Positions 31,374-41,608 of a DNA stretch of 64,000 bases are shown one piece after another. How positions within the stretch are numbered: position 1 is the first letter of the stretch; each line of letters starts with the position of its first letter. The stretch is taken from NCBI GenBank assembly GCA_041738615.1, contig JBGSPL010000002.1:10654-74653 (forward strand), in the 5' to 3' direction. The notes beneath the pieces are model-generated. The model was not told the DNA's origin, did not search any database, and worked only from the letters and a program-made list of their open reading frames with translations. Source of the stretch: Patescibacteria group bacterium (GTDB lineage: Bacteria > Patescibacteriota > CPR2 > UBA1875 > CAIMLA01). The position numbers and the translations under genes were made by a program.

Positions 31374-33527
31374 TTACTTGGTCTCTGGCCACTTGCTAAT
31401 AATTAATGCTGCATCTTGGTCCATTGTTGACCAAATTGATTCCGTGACGAAAGGCATGAATGGATGAAGCAGCTTAAGAGATTCCAGCAAAACCGTATGG
31501 ATTGTGTACTGAGCAGCAAGTTTGCTTGATTCGTTATCACGAATTCTTACTTTGGTGTCTTCTATGCATAAGTCGCAGTAATCGTGCCAGAAAAAGTCGT
31601 AGAGAAGCTCAACTGCGTGCTGGAAGTCGTATTTGTTTAGGTAACGATCAACCTCTTTGGAGGTTTTATCCAGTTTTGCTAATATTTGCTTGTCTTCTTT
31701 GGTTAATTCTTTTTCAATTGTTTCACGTGAAACAATCTTGTAATCAGTAAGATTCATTTTAGTAAACTTACTCGCATTCCAGATTTTATTCACAAATCTT
31801 TGAGACATTAGTAAGGAGTCTTCGCTGAATTTCATATCTTGACCTTGGGCGACCTGCCAAAGCAGTCCGAAGCGAGTGGCATCCGTACCGTACTTATCGA
31901 TTAGAACCAGGGGGTCGACGCCCGTACCAAGCGATTTAGACATCCTTTTGCCTTCCGAGTTGAAAACTGTTGCATGGATGTATACGTCCTCGAAAGGGAT
32001 CTGACCGGTAAATTCTATCCCAGAGAAGATCATACGAGCCACCCAAAGATAGAGGATATCCCTAGCTGTAGATAGGAATGAGGTCGGATAAAATGTGGAT
32101 AAGTCAGGTGTCTTCTCCGGCCAGCCCAGAGTTGCGAAGGGCCACAGGGCACTGGAGAACCAAGTATCCAATACATCCTCGTCTCTTTTTAGCTTTGCAG
32201 AGCCGCATTCGTGACATTTAGGCGTTAGTTTAGGATCAAGTGCCCACTCTTTAGAAACAGTAATTTCACCACACTCGCAATACCAGGCTGGGATCTGGTG
32301 GCCCCACCAGATCTGACGTGATACGCACCAATCGCGAATGTTGTCCATCCAATCGAGGTAGACCTTTGTCCACTTGGCAGGGTGAAACTTTACTTTTCCA
32401 GAGCGAACAACCTCAATTGCAGGCTTTACAATTTCGTTCATCTTTACGAACCATTGTAGGGTAAGGAGCGGTTCTATCACGGTATGACAGCGGTAGCAAT
32501 GGCCAACTGCGTGAGTGTGTGGTTCGGCTTTTACTAGCCATTTACCCTCTTCAAGAAGTATGATTATGGCTTCGCGTACCTCATATCTGTCTTTCCCCAC
32601 AAATTGCTCGCCGGCTTCAGGGGTCATGTTTCCTTCGAGGTCGATTACGACAATCTTCTCTAGGTTGTGACGCTCGCCAATCTCAAAGTCGTTTGGATCA
32701 TGTGCCGGAGTGACTTTTACAGCTCCAGTTCCAAATTTTGCATCAACATAATCATCTGCAATAATCGGGATTTTGCGGCCAAGGATAGGCAAAATAGCAA
32801 AATTTCCGATTACTGATTTGTATCGTTTATCATTTGGGTTTACAGCTATGGCCGTATCTCCGAGCATTGTCTCTGGGCGGGTAGTGGCTACTACAATTTC
32901 ACCACCGCCCTCTATTTCGTACCGAATGTGCCACAAATTGTCCTGACGTTCTTCGTGCTCAACTTCTAGGTCAGAAAGTGACGTTCCACAGCGTGGGCAC
33001 CAGTTTGTAATTCTGTTTCCTCGGTAAAGATAACCCTTCTCGTAATAGTGGACAAAAGTTTCGATCACGGCCTTGGAGTAGCCCTCGTCCATAGTGAAAC
33101 GAGTGTGATCCCAGTCGCAACTACATCCCATAGTTTTCAGTTGCCCTAGGATTCGTGGTTCGTACTCCTCTTTCCACTTCCAGGTTTCCTTAATAAAATT
33201 CTCTCGGCCTAGGTCAAAACGAGTTTTACCCTTGGCAGCAAGTTTTTGTTCCACTTTGTTCTGGGTAGCAATGCCGGCGTGATCGGTGCCAGGAACCCAC
33301 AGAGTCTCGTTTCCCTTCATACGATTCCAGCGTACCAGAACATCCTGAACAGTATTGTTTAGAGCATGACCCATGTGTAGTACCCCAGTAACATTGGGTG
33401 GTGGGATTGTGACAACGAATGGTTTACTACCACCGCGCGAAACTGGCTTGAAATAGCCATTATCCGCCCATGACTGATAAATACCTGCTTCCATTTCCTT
33501 CGGTTTAAAGTTCTTGGGCATCTCCAT
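31374..33527 (-). CDS. valS: Valine--tRNA ligase (short form)
   Basis: PPPNVTGVLHMGH, WCVSRQIWWGH, RMSKS; AAGGAG RBS before ATG 33527. Confidence 0.97.
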   Translation of the reverse strand: MEMPKNFKPKEMEAGIYQSWADNGYFKPVSRGGSKPFVVTIPPPNVTGVLHMGHALNNTVQDVLVRWNRMKGNETLWVPGTDHAGIATQNKVEQKLAAKGKTRFDLGRENFIKETWKWKEEYEPRILGQLKTMGCSCDWDHTRFTMDEGYSKAVIETFVHYYEKGYLYRGNRITNWCPRCGTSLSDLEVEHEERQDNLWHIRYEIEGGGEIVVATTRPETMLGDTAIAVNPNDKRYKSVIGNFAILPILGRKIPIIADDYVDAKFGTGAVKVTPAHDPNDFEIGERHNLEKIVVIDLEGNMTPEAGEQFVGKDRYEVREAIIILLEEGKWLVKAEPHTHAVGHCYRCHTVIEPLLTLQWFVKMNEIVKPAIEVVRSGKVKFHPAKWTKVYLDWMDNIRDWCVSRQIWWGHQIPAWYCECGEITVSKEWALDPKLTPKCHECGSAKLKRDEDVLDTWFSSALWPFATLGWPEKTPDLSTFYPTSFLSTARDILYLWVARMIFSGIEFTGQIPFEDVYIHATVFNSEGKRMSKSLGTGVDPLVLIDKYGTDATRFGLLWQVAQGQDMKFSEDSLLMSQRFVNKIWNASKFTKMNLTDYKIVSRETIEKELTKEDKQILAKLDKTSKEVDRYLNKYDFQHAVELLYDFFWHDYCDLCIEDTKVRIRDNESSKLAAQYTIHTVLLESLKLLHPFMPFVTESIWSTMDQDAALIISKWPETK
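31719..31734. promoter_or_regulatory. parS site within valS (reads VSRET)
   Basis: Perfect TGTTTCACGTGAAACA. Confidence 0.9.
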
Positions 33528-33544
33528 GCTAGTGCTCCTTTTAT

Positions 33545-33715
33545 TTAAAAAAAATCCCCACTGCTTAGGGGCTCTCGCGAGCGGTACCACCCTAATTCTG
33601 TGCGGATACTTACTTTCCTGCTATTACGGGCTTACCCGTCTAGGTCTACTTTGCCTTTGCAAGGGCATTTCTGCTAGAAACTTACTGGTGACTGGCCAGC
33701 TCAAACGTTTATGTG
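33545..33715 (-). ncRNA. T-box riboswitch leader of valS
   Basis: AATTAGGGTGGTACCGC T-box (33581-33597), then CCCC..GGGG terminator with a T-run; candidate GTA (Val) specifier upstream; the 5' end is approximate. Confidence 0.8.
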
Positions 33716-33853
33716 CAAATTATACAACGGTAGGTGTAGGTAGTCAATGGGCATTGACAAAACTCGTATAATGTGTTAGTATAAATAGTCCTGATATTCA
33801 GGGCCCTTGAAAGCTTGCCCGCCTGGCGGCGGGAAGATGTATCGGAGAGTCAA

Positions 33854-34192
33854 ATGTATCTGCCTCCGGAGCTCGGCTCCCCGCTCAGCTACACGTACCT
33901 CGGCCTCACGCTTTTCGCATCATGGTCTTTTTACCTCCTTCTGTGGAAGGTCGTCAAGCATCGTGTTTGGCGCGTCGCTGTCTCCCTGGCAGGTCTCTGG
34001 GCGGCATTGTCGCTGCTGATCCAGATCATGGCACTTCTCCAGCACGGCAGCCAGCACGAATTCTGGTTTACCGTCGAGGTAGTCGTCTTGACGGCAGCCT
34101 GGGTCTGGGTTGGTCCTACGATAGAGATGCTTGGGGCTGATCTGAAGGCAATTTACAGGAACGCTGGCCGCGTGAGCGACCGCAGTTCTTAA
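33854..34192 (+). CDS. Hypothetical 3-TM membrane protein, GC-rich
   Basis: GGAG RBS; TTGACA-17-TAGTAT promoter upstream; downstream hairpin at about 34240-34288. Confidence 0.65.
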   Translation: MYLPPELGSPLSYTYLGLTLFASWSFYLLLWKVVKHRVWRVAVSLAGLWAALSLLIQIMALLQHGSQHEFWFTVEVVVLTAAWVWVGPTIEMLGADLKAIYRNAGRVSDRSS

Positions 34193-34291
34193 CCACCCAC
34201 TCTCGCGAACAAGTAGCTAGAAGCACGGCTTTCAGGGTCAACCGCCTCGTCCTTACCTATCTCATAGGTATTGGCCGGGGCGGTTTTCCAT

Positions 34292-35356
34292 TTACGCTAA
34301 TTTGTAGTTTGGGTCAGGAGTAAGGTCTTCTGGGTTTGTATAATCACTAATTTGGGCATGAAAATAGGCGGCGGCCGCGATCATGGCGGCATTATCGGTG
34401 CAACACGTAGGCTCCGGGTAAAAGAATTTCGAGTTTTGTGTTCCGAGTTTCGACTTGATCTGTTCCCTCAGGGAAACGTTGGCTGCCACGCCCCCAGAAA
34501 GTAAGATTGATGTTGGCTTGTGCTTTGTAACTGCACGTACGAGGTTGCGGGCCAATATCTCGTTTGCAGTGTATTGGAAAGAGGCTGCAATATCGGCTTT
34601 TTCGGCTTCGCCGAGGGTGTTGCCTTGTTTCTCGAGTTCTCTTACCTTGCGGATGACAGCACTTTTGAGCCCAGAATATGAAAAGTCTAGAGACTCCTCA
34701 GCTTCAACCATAAAGCCGTCTACACCTCTTTTGGGCGCTGCGGTCAGATCGACTAGAGGAAATGCGTATTTGTGTTTGTCGCCTTTTTGGCTTAAAAAGG
34801 ATATTAACGGCCCTCCTGGATAACCAAGTCCGAGCAGCTTGGCGACCTTATCGTAAGCTTCCCCAGCCGCGTCGTCGTGTGTTTCGCCGATGATCTTGTA
34901 CTCCAGGTGGCCTTTCATATAAAGCAGGTTGGTGTGCCCACCGGATACCGTTAGGCATACTAGAGGAAATGTGGGTACGTTGTTATCGTCTTTGTGCAGC
35001 CAATTAGCGTACACATGACCTTCCGTATGGTGAACCGCAATTAGTGGTTTCTGATGCAATAGTGCTAGAGTGCGAGCAGTATTTACCCCCACAATCAAAG
35101 AACCCACAAGGCCAGGGCCCTTGGTAACTGCTATCGCATCGATGTCTTCCCAGGTAACTGCAGCCTCGCGCAGGGCTTCGTCTAGCACTGGTATCATATT
35201 TTGTATATGGGCTCTTGCGGCGACTTCTGGTACCACCCCCCCATACTGAGAGTGTTCTAGCTGGGTAGCCACAACCGAACTTAGGACATAAGTGCCATCC
35301 TCAACGATTGCAACCGAGGTGTCATCACAGCTTGTTTCAATAGCAAGTATTTTCAT
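34292..35356 (-). CDS. tsaD: tRNA t6A transferase TsaD
   Basis: ILAIETSCDDT, HHTEGH, VSGGHT, DNAAMIA. Confidence 0.97.
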   Translation of the reverse strand: MKILAIETSCDDTSVAIVEDGTYVLSSVVATQLEHSQYGGVVPEVAARAHIQNMIPVLDEALREAAVTWEDIDAIAVTKGPGLVGSLIVGVNTARTLALLHQKPLIAVHHTEGHVYANWLHKDDNNVPTFPLVCLTVSGGHTNLLYMKGHLEYKIIGETHDDAAGEAYDKVAKLLGLGYPGGPLISFLSQKGDKHKYAFPLVDLTAAPKRGVDGFMVEAEESLDFSYSGLKSAVIRKVRELEKQGNTLGEAEKADIAASFQYTANEILARNLVRAVTKHKPTSILLSGGVAANVSLREQIKSKLGTQNSKFFYPEPTCCTDNAAMIAAAAYFHAQISDYTNPEDLTPDPNYKLA

Positions 35357-35400
35357 GCGGTAATATTACCACAAATCACTCTGCTAAACACAAAATTGTG

Positions 35401-35435
35401 CGCGAATGTTCTATTCTGATGCGGCCGCACAGGAA
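35401..35435 (+). repeat. Bipartite repeat copy 4 in the tsaD/femX divergent promoter region
   Basis: CGCGAA-N12-ATGCGGCCGCA-CAGGAA; the 3' flank resembles copy 1 (CAAGAA). Confidence 0.7.
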
Positions 35436-35492
35436 TGATTGGCCAATATCTGTAATGACATTGACCGTTTGCGCGTGCTAGAATTACACCAC

Positions 35493-36461
35493 ATGGATAA
35501 ATTACTCTCGATTCTAACAGACCCAAAAAATAACCTCTTTCAATCGGCGACCTGGGAAGAGTACCAGGAGGCGCTGGGGAATAAGGTTTTTCGTGTTAGT
35601 TGCGATGACAACGCCGCCCTGCTTGTAAAATTGCCGCTGTATAAGGATAAGAGCTATCTTTACTGTCCTAGGGGCCCGATGTGCATGAAAGAGGGCTGGC
35701 ACGTACTTCTCAGGAAAGCACGCGAAATTGCCGCGGCCGAGAATTGCGTTTTCTTGCGAGTAGAACCATACCAACTACCTGCGAAAACTGTAAAAGAGCT
35801 TCGATTCCGCGAAGTTATTTCTTACACGCCTCTTTCTCGCCAATATTCACCCATGGATACCCAGATTCTTGATATAGATAAACGAGATGACGATCTACTG
35901 GCCGAGATGAAACCAAAGTGGCGATATAACATCAAGCTGGGTTACCGCAAGGGAGTACAGATTCGGCAAAGTACAAAACTTACTGATCTGCACAAATTTC
36001 ACGAGCTCTCGTTAGGTATGAAAGACCGCGGTTATACACCATTTGAGCTTGAGCATTACGAGCGATTGCTCTATACGCTGACTCATGGAAAGAACGTGAC
36101 AATGTTCGTTGCGGAGCACAAAAAGAAGGTCCTATCCGTCATTCTAGTGACTTTCTGTGGTGAAGTGGCAACATATCTACACGGCGCCTCTAGTGACGAA
36201 TCCAGAGAGTTAATGCCAAACCACCTAGCGCAATGGGAAGCGATCCTGGAGGCGCAGAGGCGCGGTTGCAAGCTCTATGACTTTTGGGGAGTAGCGCCCG
36301 AGGGAGCAGAGAATCATAGTTGGTCGGGGATCACTCGTTTTAAACAGGGTTTCGGGGGTCGCACCGTACATTTTGTAGGCGCCTACGACGCAGTATTTGA
36401 CGCTAAGTGGTATAATACTTTCTGTTTGGCGAACTTGTTTCGCAAGCTGATAAAGAAATGA
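35493..36461 (+). CDS. FemABX family peptidoglycan aminoacyltransferase
   Basis: FQSATW, YCPRGP, KWRYNI, YDFWG, GITRFKQGFGG. Confidence 0.92.
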   Translation: MDKLLSILTDPKNNLFQSATWEEYQEALGNKVFRVSCDDNAALLVKLPLYKDKSYLYCPRGPMCMKEGWHVLLRKAREIAAAENCVFLRVEPYQLPAKTVKELRFREVISYTPLSRQYSPMDTQILDIDKRDDDLLAEMKPKWRYNIKLGYRKGVQIRQSTKLTDLHKFHELSLGMKDRGYTPFELEHYERLLYTLTHGKNVTMFVAEHKKKVLSVILVTFCGEVATYLHGASSDESRELMPNHLAQWEAILEAQRRGCKLYDFWGVAPEGAENHSWSGITRFKQGFGGRTVHFVGAYDAVFDAKWYNTFCLANLFRKLIKK

Positions 36462-37771
36462 ATTTAGATAAATTACTCTCAATTTGCAGGAAACTCATAC
36501 CGAAAAAGATATTTAGGTTTTTTCAGCCTGGTTACCACTTGTTGCTAGCTATCACCGGTAATCTTCGCTATGTGTTCCCGGGTAAAAAGCTGATTGTTGT
36601 GGGCATTACAGGGACAAACGGTAAATCTACAACTGCAGAGCTTACGAACTCGGTACTAAAAACAGCAGGCTTCACAACGGGAATGCTTTCTACTGTTTCC
36701 TTCGAGATTGCTGGGAAGAAGGAAGAGAATACTACTAGCCGGACCACTCTAGGCAGATGGCAGCTCCAGAAACGTTTACGTCAAATGGTAGATACGGGAT
36801 GTACCCACGCTGTGTTAGAGGTGGCAAGTGAGGGGCTCTTGATGCACCGTCTTTGGGGGATCCCATTTGACATTGCAGTATTTACGAATCTATCACCAGA
36901 GCATCTAAATACCCACAAAACGATGGATAATTATCGTGAAGCAAAGGGATTACTCTTTGCAGGGCTTGCTAGAGGACTCAAAAAGAATGTACCGAAAACG
37001 ATTATCGTAAACGCGGATGACAAGGTTGCCAAGTATTTCTATTCCTTCGAGGCAGACAGGAAGATTAGCTATGGCCTGTCGAATGGCGAAATCTGGGCAA
37101 CTAATATGGTTTTTGGCGAAAAAACGCAGTTTGAACTTGTAGACGAGGACAAGAAGCACTTGGTAATGTCCGATCTTCCTGCGAAATTTAATATTTACAA
37201 CATACTCGCTGCTTATGCGGTGGGTAAGGCTCTCGAGATAGAACCGAAGAAGATTGTCTCTGGCCTCGAGAAAGTAAAGGCGGTTCGGGGCAGAATGGAA
37301 GAGATTCCAAATACGCGAGACATCAAAATCATGATTGACTATGCTGTGACCCCAGATGCCTTTGAGCTGCTATTCACCGAGCTTCGTCGCGTCAGTAAGG
37401 GTAGGCTAATCGCCGTTTTTGGGGCTACTGGAGACAGGGATAAGGAGAAACGACCCCTGCTAGGACAGGTGGCAGCAAAGATGACGAACTACATTATCCT
37501 AACCGACGAGGAGTCGTACAGCGAGAATCCAGCCGTGATCGTGGATAGCATAGCTGCAGGTGTGGAGAAGGTACGAAAATCAAACTATGAGATTATCTTA
37601 GACCGCCGCGAAGCTCTGAAGCGTGCCATCGAGATTGCAGAGACTGGAGACACGGTGGTGGCAACCGGCATGGGACATGAGAAATATCGGAATCTTGGTG
37701 GGGATAAGAAGGTGGAGTGGGATGAGGCGGAGGTGATTCGCGGGATTCTAGCCGAACTAAATAATAAGTAG
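36458..37771 (+). CDS. murE: MurE-type UDP-MurNAc-tripeptide synthetase (no N-terminal domain)
   Basis: GITGTNGKST, FTNLSPEHL, VFGATGDRDKEKRP. Confidence 0.88.
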   Translation: MNLDKLLSICRKLIPKKIFRFFQPGYHLLLAITGNLRYVFPGKKLIVVGITGTNGKSTTAELTNSVLKTAGFTTGMLSTVSFEIAGKKEENTTSRTTLGRWQLQKRLRQMVDTGCTHAVLEVASEGLLMHRLWGIPFDIAVFTNLSPEHLNTHKTMDNYREAKGLLFAGLARGLKKNVPKTIIVNADDKVAKYFYSFEADRKISYGLSNGEIWATNMVFGEKTQFELVDEDKKHLVMSDLPAKFNIYNILAAYAVGKALEIEPKKIVSGLEKVKAVRGRMEEIPNTRDIKIMIDYAVTPDAFELLFTELRRVSKGRLIAVFGATGDRDKEKRPLLGQVAAKMTNYIILTDEESYSENPAVIVDSIAAGVEKVRKSNYEIILDRREALKRAIEIAETGDTVVATGMGHEKYRNLGGDKKVEWDEAEVIRGILAELNNK

Positions 37772-38074
37772 GTATATTTGCCTTGCTGAAGCAAGGTGTA
37801 CTCGATACTTTTGCCCATAGTCACAAAAGCCCGTCCGAATTGGTAGTCCGGGCGGATATCCAAAAAGACATTTTGAATGCGTCGAGCTGAGGCTCTCCGC
37901 AACGGCTAGCCATATATATTTATAAATCAATGACCAACTGCTATTTGTGACAAATCCAAGAAATCTATCTGCGGGCGGTTGATTCTGTGCTGGTTTGTGC
38001 TTGACAGGATAGATACTGGGGTGTATTATTACGAGTCGCATTAAATCTGGTGGGTATTAGTTTCGGGAGCCATT

Positions 38075-39700
38075 ATGGAGTTATCACCAAAGCAGCAGAT
38101 TGCTGAACTAGTAAAGAACAACCAGAGAATTCTAATCGTTGGGCATAAAAACCATGGCGGAGATTGTGTCGGTTCGATGCTTGCCCTTGAGAGCGTTCTC
38201 ACCGCGCAGGGAAAAGAAGTTGGGCTTGTACTATCAGAGATGATAGACCAGACCCTACTGTTTTTGCCGAATGTGGATCGAATTCAACGAGATGTCCCTG
38301 CAAGAGATCTCATAATCCAGATAGATAAGGCCAAGAACGACGTCGAAAAGATTGGCTACAACGAAGATAATGGCATTCTTAGTATTGTGATCTCTCCTAA
38401 AGGGAAGCTACTTTCGGCAAAAGATCTAAAGATCGTAGCTGGTAACTATAACTATGACCTGATTATCGTGCTCGATACACCTGACGTAGAGAAGATAGAC
38501 AGTGTTTATGATAAGTACACTGAGCTTTTCTTCGAAGTGCCGATAATTAATATCGACCACCACAGTGGTAATGACTATTTTGGCACCGTGAACCTTGTGG
38601 ACATGACAGCGACCTCTACTGCGGAAATTCTGGTCTCAATCATCGAAGCGATGGGGCCAAACTACTTTGATGCAGACGTAGCTACCTGCTTGCTCACTGG
38701 GCTTATAGCTGATACAGCTAGTTTCAAGAGCACGAACACGACTCCAAAATCACTTACTATTTCTGCGCAGATGCTCGCGGCCGGGGCTAGGCAGCAAGAA
38801 ATTATCCAGAACTTATACAAGACTAGACCACTGCAGACCCTGAAGCTTTGGGGCAAAGTGCTTTCAAATATTGTTTATGACCATGAATATCGGATGGTTG
38901 TCTCCGTTGTGCCAGGAAGTGACCTTGTGGACGCAAATGCTTCTCCAGAAGCAGTAAACGGCGTCCTGGACGAACTGCTTGCTAGTGCGCCAGGTACTGA
39001 TGTCGTATTAGTTCTGACAGAGGAAAAGAACCGAGTCTACGGATTCCTAAAGGGGCTAAACGGACAAGACGTTCTCTCTCTGGCAGAGAAATTTGGAGGT
39101 CATGGGAATGCCTTGGCATCTTCTTTTGTGCTGCCAAACTCTACTATCGATAAAAACACAGCTGCCATTCTAGAAAAGATTAAGTTGCTGCGTAACAATC
39201 AGCTAGGTAAAGAGAACTTAAGCGCAGTAGAAAAGGTTGCTCCCGAGCAAGCTACTCCGAAAAATGTGCACCCGAAGGTCGTCGAGAATCCCTCTCGTAT
39301 ACACGAACACGAGAAGGTAATCGTAGAAGTTGACCTCAAGGCGAAGAGTATTGAGGATCTGAATGAGCTGCTCTCTATCGAAAAATTGATAGAATCGGAA
39401 CATACAGTGGAAGTAGAGCCAATCTTTGAGGAGCTATTTACAGAGAAACCGCTCGTGCCAGTGAACGTAGAGGTTCAGCCTGCGAATGATGACATCGAGA
39501 AAGCCTTGCAGTCAATCGATTTCGAAATTGAAAGCGGTGGGACACCAAAAAATGAAGTTACGCCAAATATCGATGTTGAGGATGTGAGGGACAAAAAAGA
39601 AGCCCTTCGTCAGCTGGGTGATGTTATGCGAGGCTATACTCCAGGGAAGGCCCTAGACGAAAAGGGAAACCAACCGATAGACGCTAAGCTTTGGAAGTAA
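38075..39700 (+). CDS. DHH/DHHA1 phosphoesterase-like protein with an acidic C-terminal extension
   Basis: IIVLD, INIDHH, GLIADTASF; TTGACA-17-TATTAT promoter at 38001-38029. Confidence 0.85.
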   Translation: MELSPKQQIAELVKNNQRILIVGHKNHGGDCVGSMLALESVLTAQGKEVGLVLSEMIDQTLLFLPNVDRIQRDVPARDLIIQIDKAKNDVEKIGYNEDNGILSIVISPKGKLLSAKDLKIVAGNYNYDLIIVLDTPDVEKIDSVYDKYTELFFEVPIINIDHHSGNDYFGTVNLVDMTATSTAEILVSIIEAMGPNYFDADVATCLLTGLIADTASFKSTNTTPKSLTISAQMLAAGARQQEIIQNLYKTRPLQTLKLWGKVLSNIVYDHEYRMVVSVVPGSDLVDANASPEAVNGVLDELLASAPGTDVVLVLTEEKNRVYGFLKGLNGQDVLSLAEKFGGHGNALASSFVLPNSTIDKNTAAILEKIKLLRNNQLGKENLSAVEKVAPEQATPKNVHPKVVENPSRIHEHEKVIVEVDLKAKSIEDLNELLSIEKLIESEHTVEVEPIFEELFTEKPLVPVNVEVQPANDDIEKALQSIDFEIESGGTPKNEVTPNIDVEDVRDKKEALRQLGDVMRGYTPGKALDEKGNQPIDAKLWK

Positions 39701-39788
39701 TTGAGCCGAGATAAGGGGCCATACTGGCCCTAGATTTCGTTTCAAAGGGAAACGGGAGTAGTACCCCGACTAGCTGGGAGGCGAGGGC

Positions 39789-40103
39789 ATGCTGGAGGTT
39801 ACCGATAGCAATTTCCAGGAAACAGTGGAAAAGCAGGGAGACAAGCCGTTGTTCGTCGATTTCTGGGCACCTTGGTGCGGCCCATGCCGCATGATGGAGC
39901 CGGTGTACAAGGAGCTTTGCGCCGAAAACCCAGAACTTGCATTCGGACGGGTGAACGTCGACGAGAACCCCGATCTGGGCAGGCGATTTGAGATCCTTTC
40001 GATTCCGACGGTCCTCGTGTTCGTCGGCGGCAGGGTGGTCAAGAAGTGCGTCGGCGCGATGCCGAAAAAGTGGTTCCAGCAGGAATTCGCAGAGTGGCTG
40101 TAG
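39789..40103 (+). CDS. trxA: Thioredoxin
   Basis: VDFWAPWCGPC, SIPT. Confidence 0.95.
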   Translation: MLEVTDSNFQETVEKQGDKPLFVDFWAPWCGPCRMMEPVYKELCAENPELAFGRVNVDENPDLGRRFEILSIPTVLVFVGGRVVKKCVGAMPKKWFQQEFAEWL

Positions 40104-40143
40104 CCATATAAGCCACTACTCAGGCGCCAAAGGAGGTGTAGGC

Positions 40144-40434
40144 GTGGGAGCACATTTCGGATACGTCGCCTTCATGGTGGTTCGGGGTGAGAAGCGATAT
40201 CTCTGCTTCCGGGACGGAGGCGAGGTCATCGATCTTGACCGCCTGAGGATGCTCAAGCGAGCAGCCTCAGTACCATGCAAGGAGGCCGATGCTGACGCGC
40301 AAGCGCGACTGGAGACGCTCACTGTCAGCATCAAGGATGACGGCAAACTGACCTATGACGGTGGTAAGGCCCACCCTCGGTCAGTTCCCGCCAAGATCGA
40401 AGTCTCGTACTTCGAATGGAGACTGAGCCCTTAA
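40144..40434 (+). CDS. Hypothetical protein, GC-rich
   Basis: AAAGGAGG RBS before GTG 40144; hairpins follow the stop codon. Confidence 0.6.
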   Translation: MGAHFGYVAFMVVRGEKRYLCFRDGGEVIDLDRLRMLKRAASVPCKEADADAQARLETLTVSIKDDGKLTYDGGKAHPRSVPAKIEVSYFEWRLSP

Positions 40435-40547
40435 CGGGCGGTGATGAAGTGGTGAGCCCACCTCTAGGTGTGGGACACCGAAGACCCCTGCGGCTAGAAG
40501 GCGACGAGCACTCTAGCCGCCTTTCGTAAATAAGGTACAATATAACT

Positions 40548-41246
40548 ATGAATAAGATATTCTTGATAGATAAGCCTACCGGCTGGACTAGCTTCGACGT
40601 GGTGGCCAAGATTCGGGGAGCAGCAAATGCGGCCGCGCAGTCTGCTGGTTTGCCCAAGACAAAGCACGGGGTGAGAGTGGGTCACGCTGGGACACTGGAT
40701 CCCTTTGCTTCCGGTCTTCTCATTGTCCTTGTTGGCAAAGAAAACACCGCGAAGCAAGATACTTTTATGAAGCAAGACAAAGAATATGAAGCTACCCTAA
40801 AGCTAGGATATACGAGTACGACAGGAGATCCTGAAGGTGTCATCGAAAAGGTCATTAGCGGTGCACCTCGTTTCTCAGCTAAAGATATAGAACGGGTTCT
40901 GAAGCAGCTCACAGGGCAAAACAGCCAAATTCCTCCTATATACAGCGCTATCAAAGTAGATGGTAAACGAGCTTACAAGCTTGCGAGGGCTGGTGAGACA
41001 CCAGTTATGAAACCGCGCACAGTCACTATTCACAACTTGAAAATTGAAAATTACGAATATCCAGAATTGAAAATTCTAGTGGAGTGCAGTAGTGGGACCT
41101 ACATCCGTACTCTAGCAGAAGACATTGGGAAATCGCTTGGAACGGGGGCATATCTGACGGCATTACGTCGCACCAAGATTGGCGGCTATCGTCTAGAGGA
41201 CGCAAGAAGGATCGAAGAAGCGGTCACACAGCTCGTTGCCACTTGA
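40548..41246 (+). CDS. truB: tRNA pseudouridine(55) synthase
   Basis: DKPTGWTSFDVV, VGHAGTLDPFASG, CSSGTYIRTL. Confidence 0.97.
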   Translation: MNKIFLIDKPTGWTSFDVVAKIRGAANAAAQSAGLPKTKHGVRVGHAGTLDPFASGLLIVLVGKENTAKQDTFMKQDKEYEATLKLGYTSTTGDPEGVIEKVISGAPRFSAKDIERVLKQLTGQNSQIPPIYSAIKVDGKRAYKLARAGETPVMKPRTVTIHNLKIENYEYPELKILVECSSGTYIRTLAEDIGKSLGTGAYLTALRRTKIGGYRLEDARRIEEAVTQLVAT

Positions 41247-41338
41247 AAATAATGCCCAAATACGCTATAATCTACATATAAATTAAGTAACACCCTCCCT
41301 GGTGCAGTGCACTTCGGGACGGGCAAGAAGGAGCCAAA

Positions 41339-41608
41339 ATGGCAATCCAAAAGGAAGAAAAAGAAAAGATCGTCAAGGAAATCGGTCGAAGCGAAAAGGA
41401 CACTGGTTCTCCAGAGGTTCAGGTAGCTATTTTTACTGAGAAAATCAAACAGCTCACAGATCACCTAAAGACTCACAAAAAAGACGAGCACAGCCGTCGC
41501 GGCCTGCTAAAGATGGTTGGTAAACGTCGCAGACTGCTCGATTACCTTTCAAAGAAAAACAAGGAAGCTTACGAACTAATTATCAAAAAGCTCGGCCTTC
41601 GTAAATAA
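41339..41608 (+). CDS. rpsO: 30S ribosomal protein S15
   Basis: [21 protein letters not shown]. Confidence 0.98.
   Translation: MAIQKEEKEKIVKEIGRSEKDTGSPEVQVAIFTEKIKQLTDHLKTHKKDEHSRRGLLKMVGKRRRLLDYLSKKNKEAYELIIKKLGLRK

Noticed and set aside
34238-34290. attC-like site after the GC-rich 33854-34192 gene
   Set aside because: AAC...GTT ends are present but the GTTRRRY core is not matched; a bidirectional terminator is the simpler reading
37772-38000. Small ORF or pseudogene on the minus strand between murE and the DHH gene
   Set aside because: ATG 37913 gives only 30 codons with no RBS; longer frames run into murE; nothing recognisable
40627-40637. ATGCGGCCGCG in truB (and GCGGCCGC in tsaD near 34371) as further repeat copies
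   Set aside because: They encode Ala runs and lack the upstream CACGAA part
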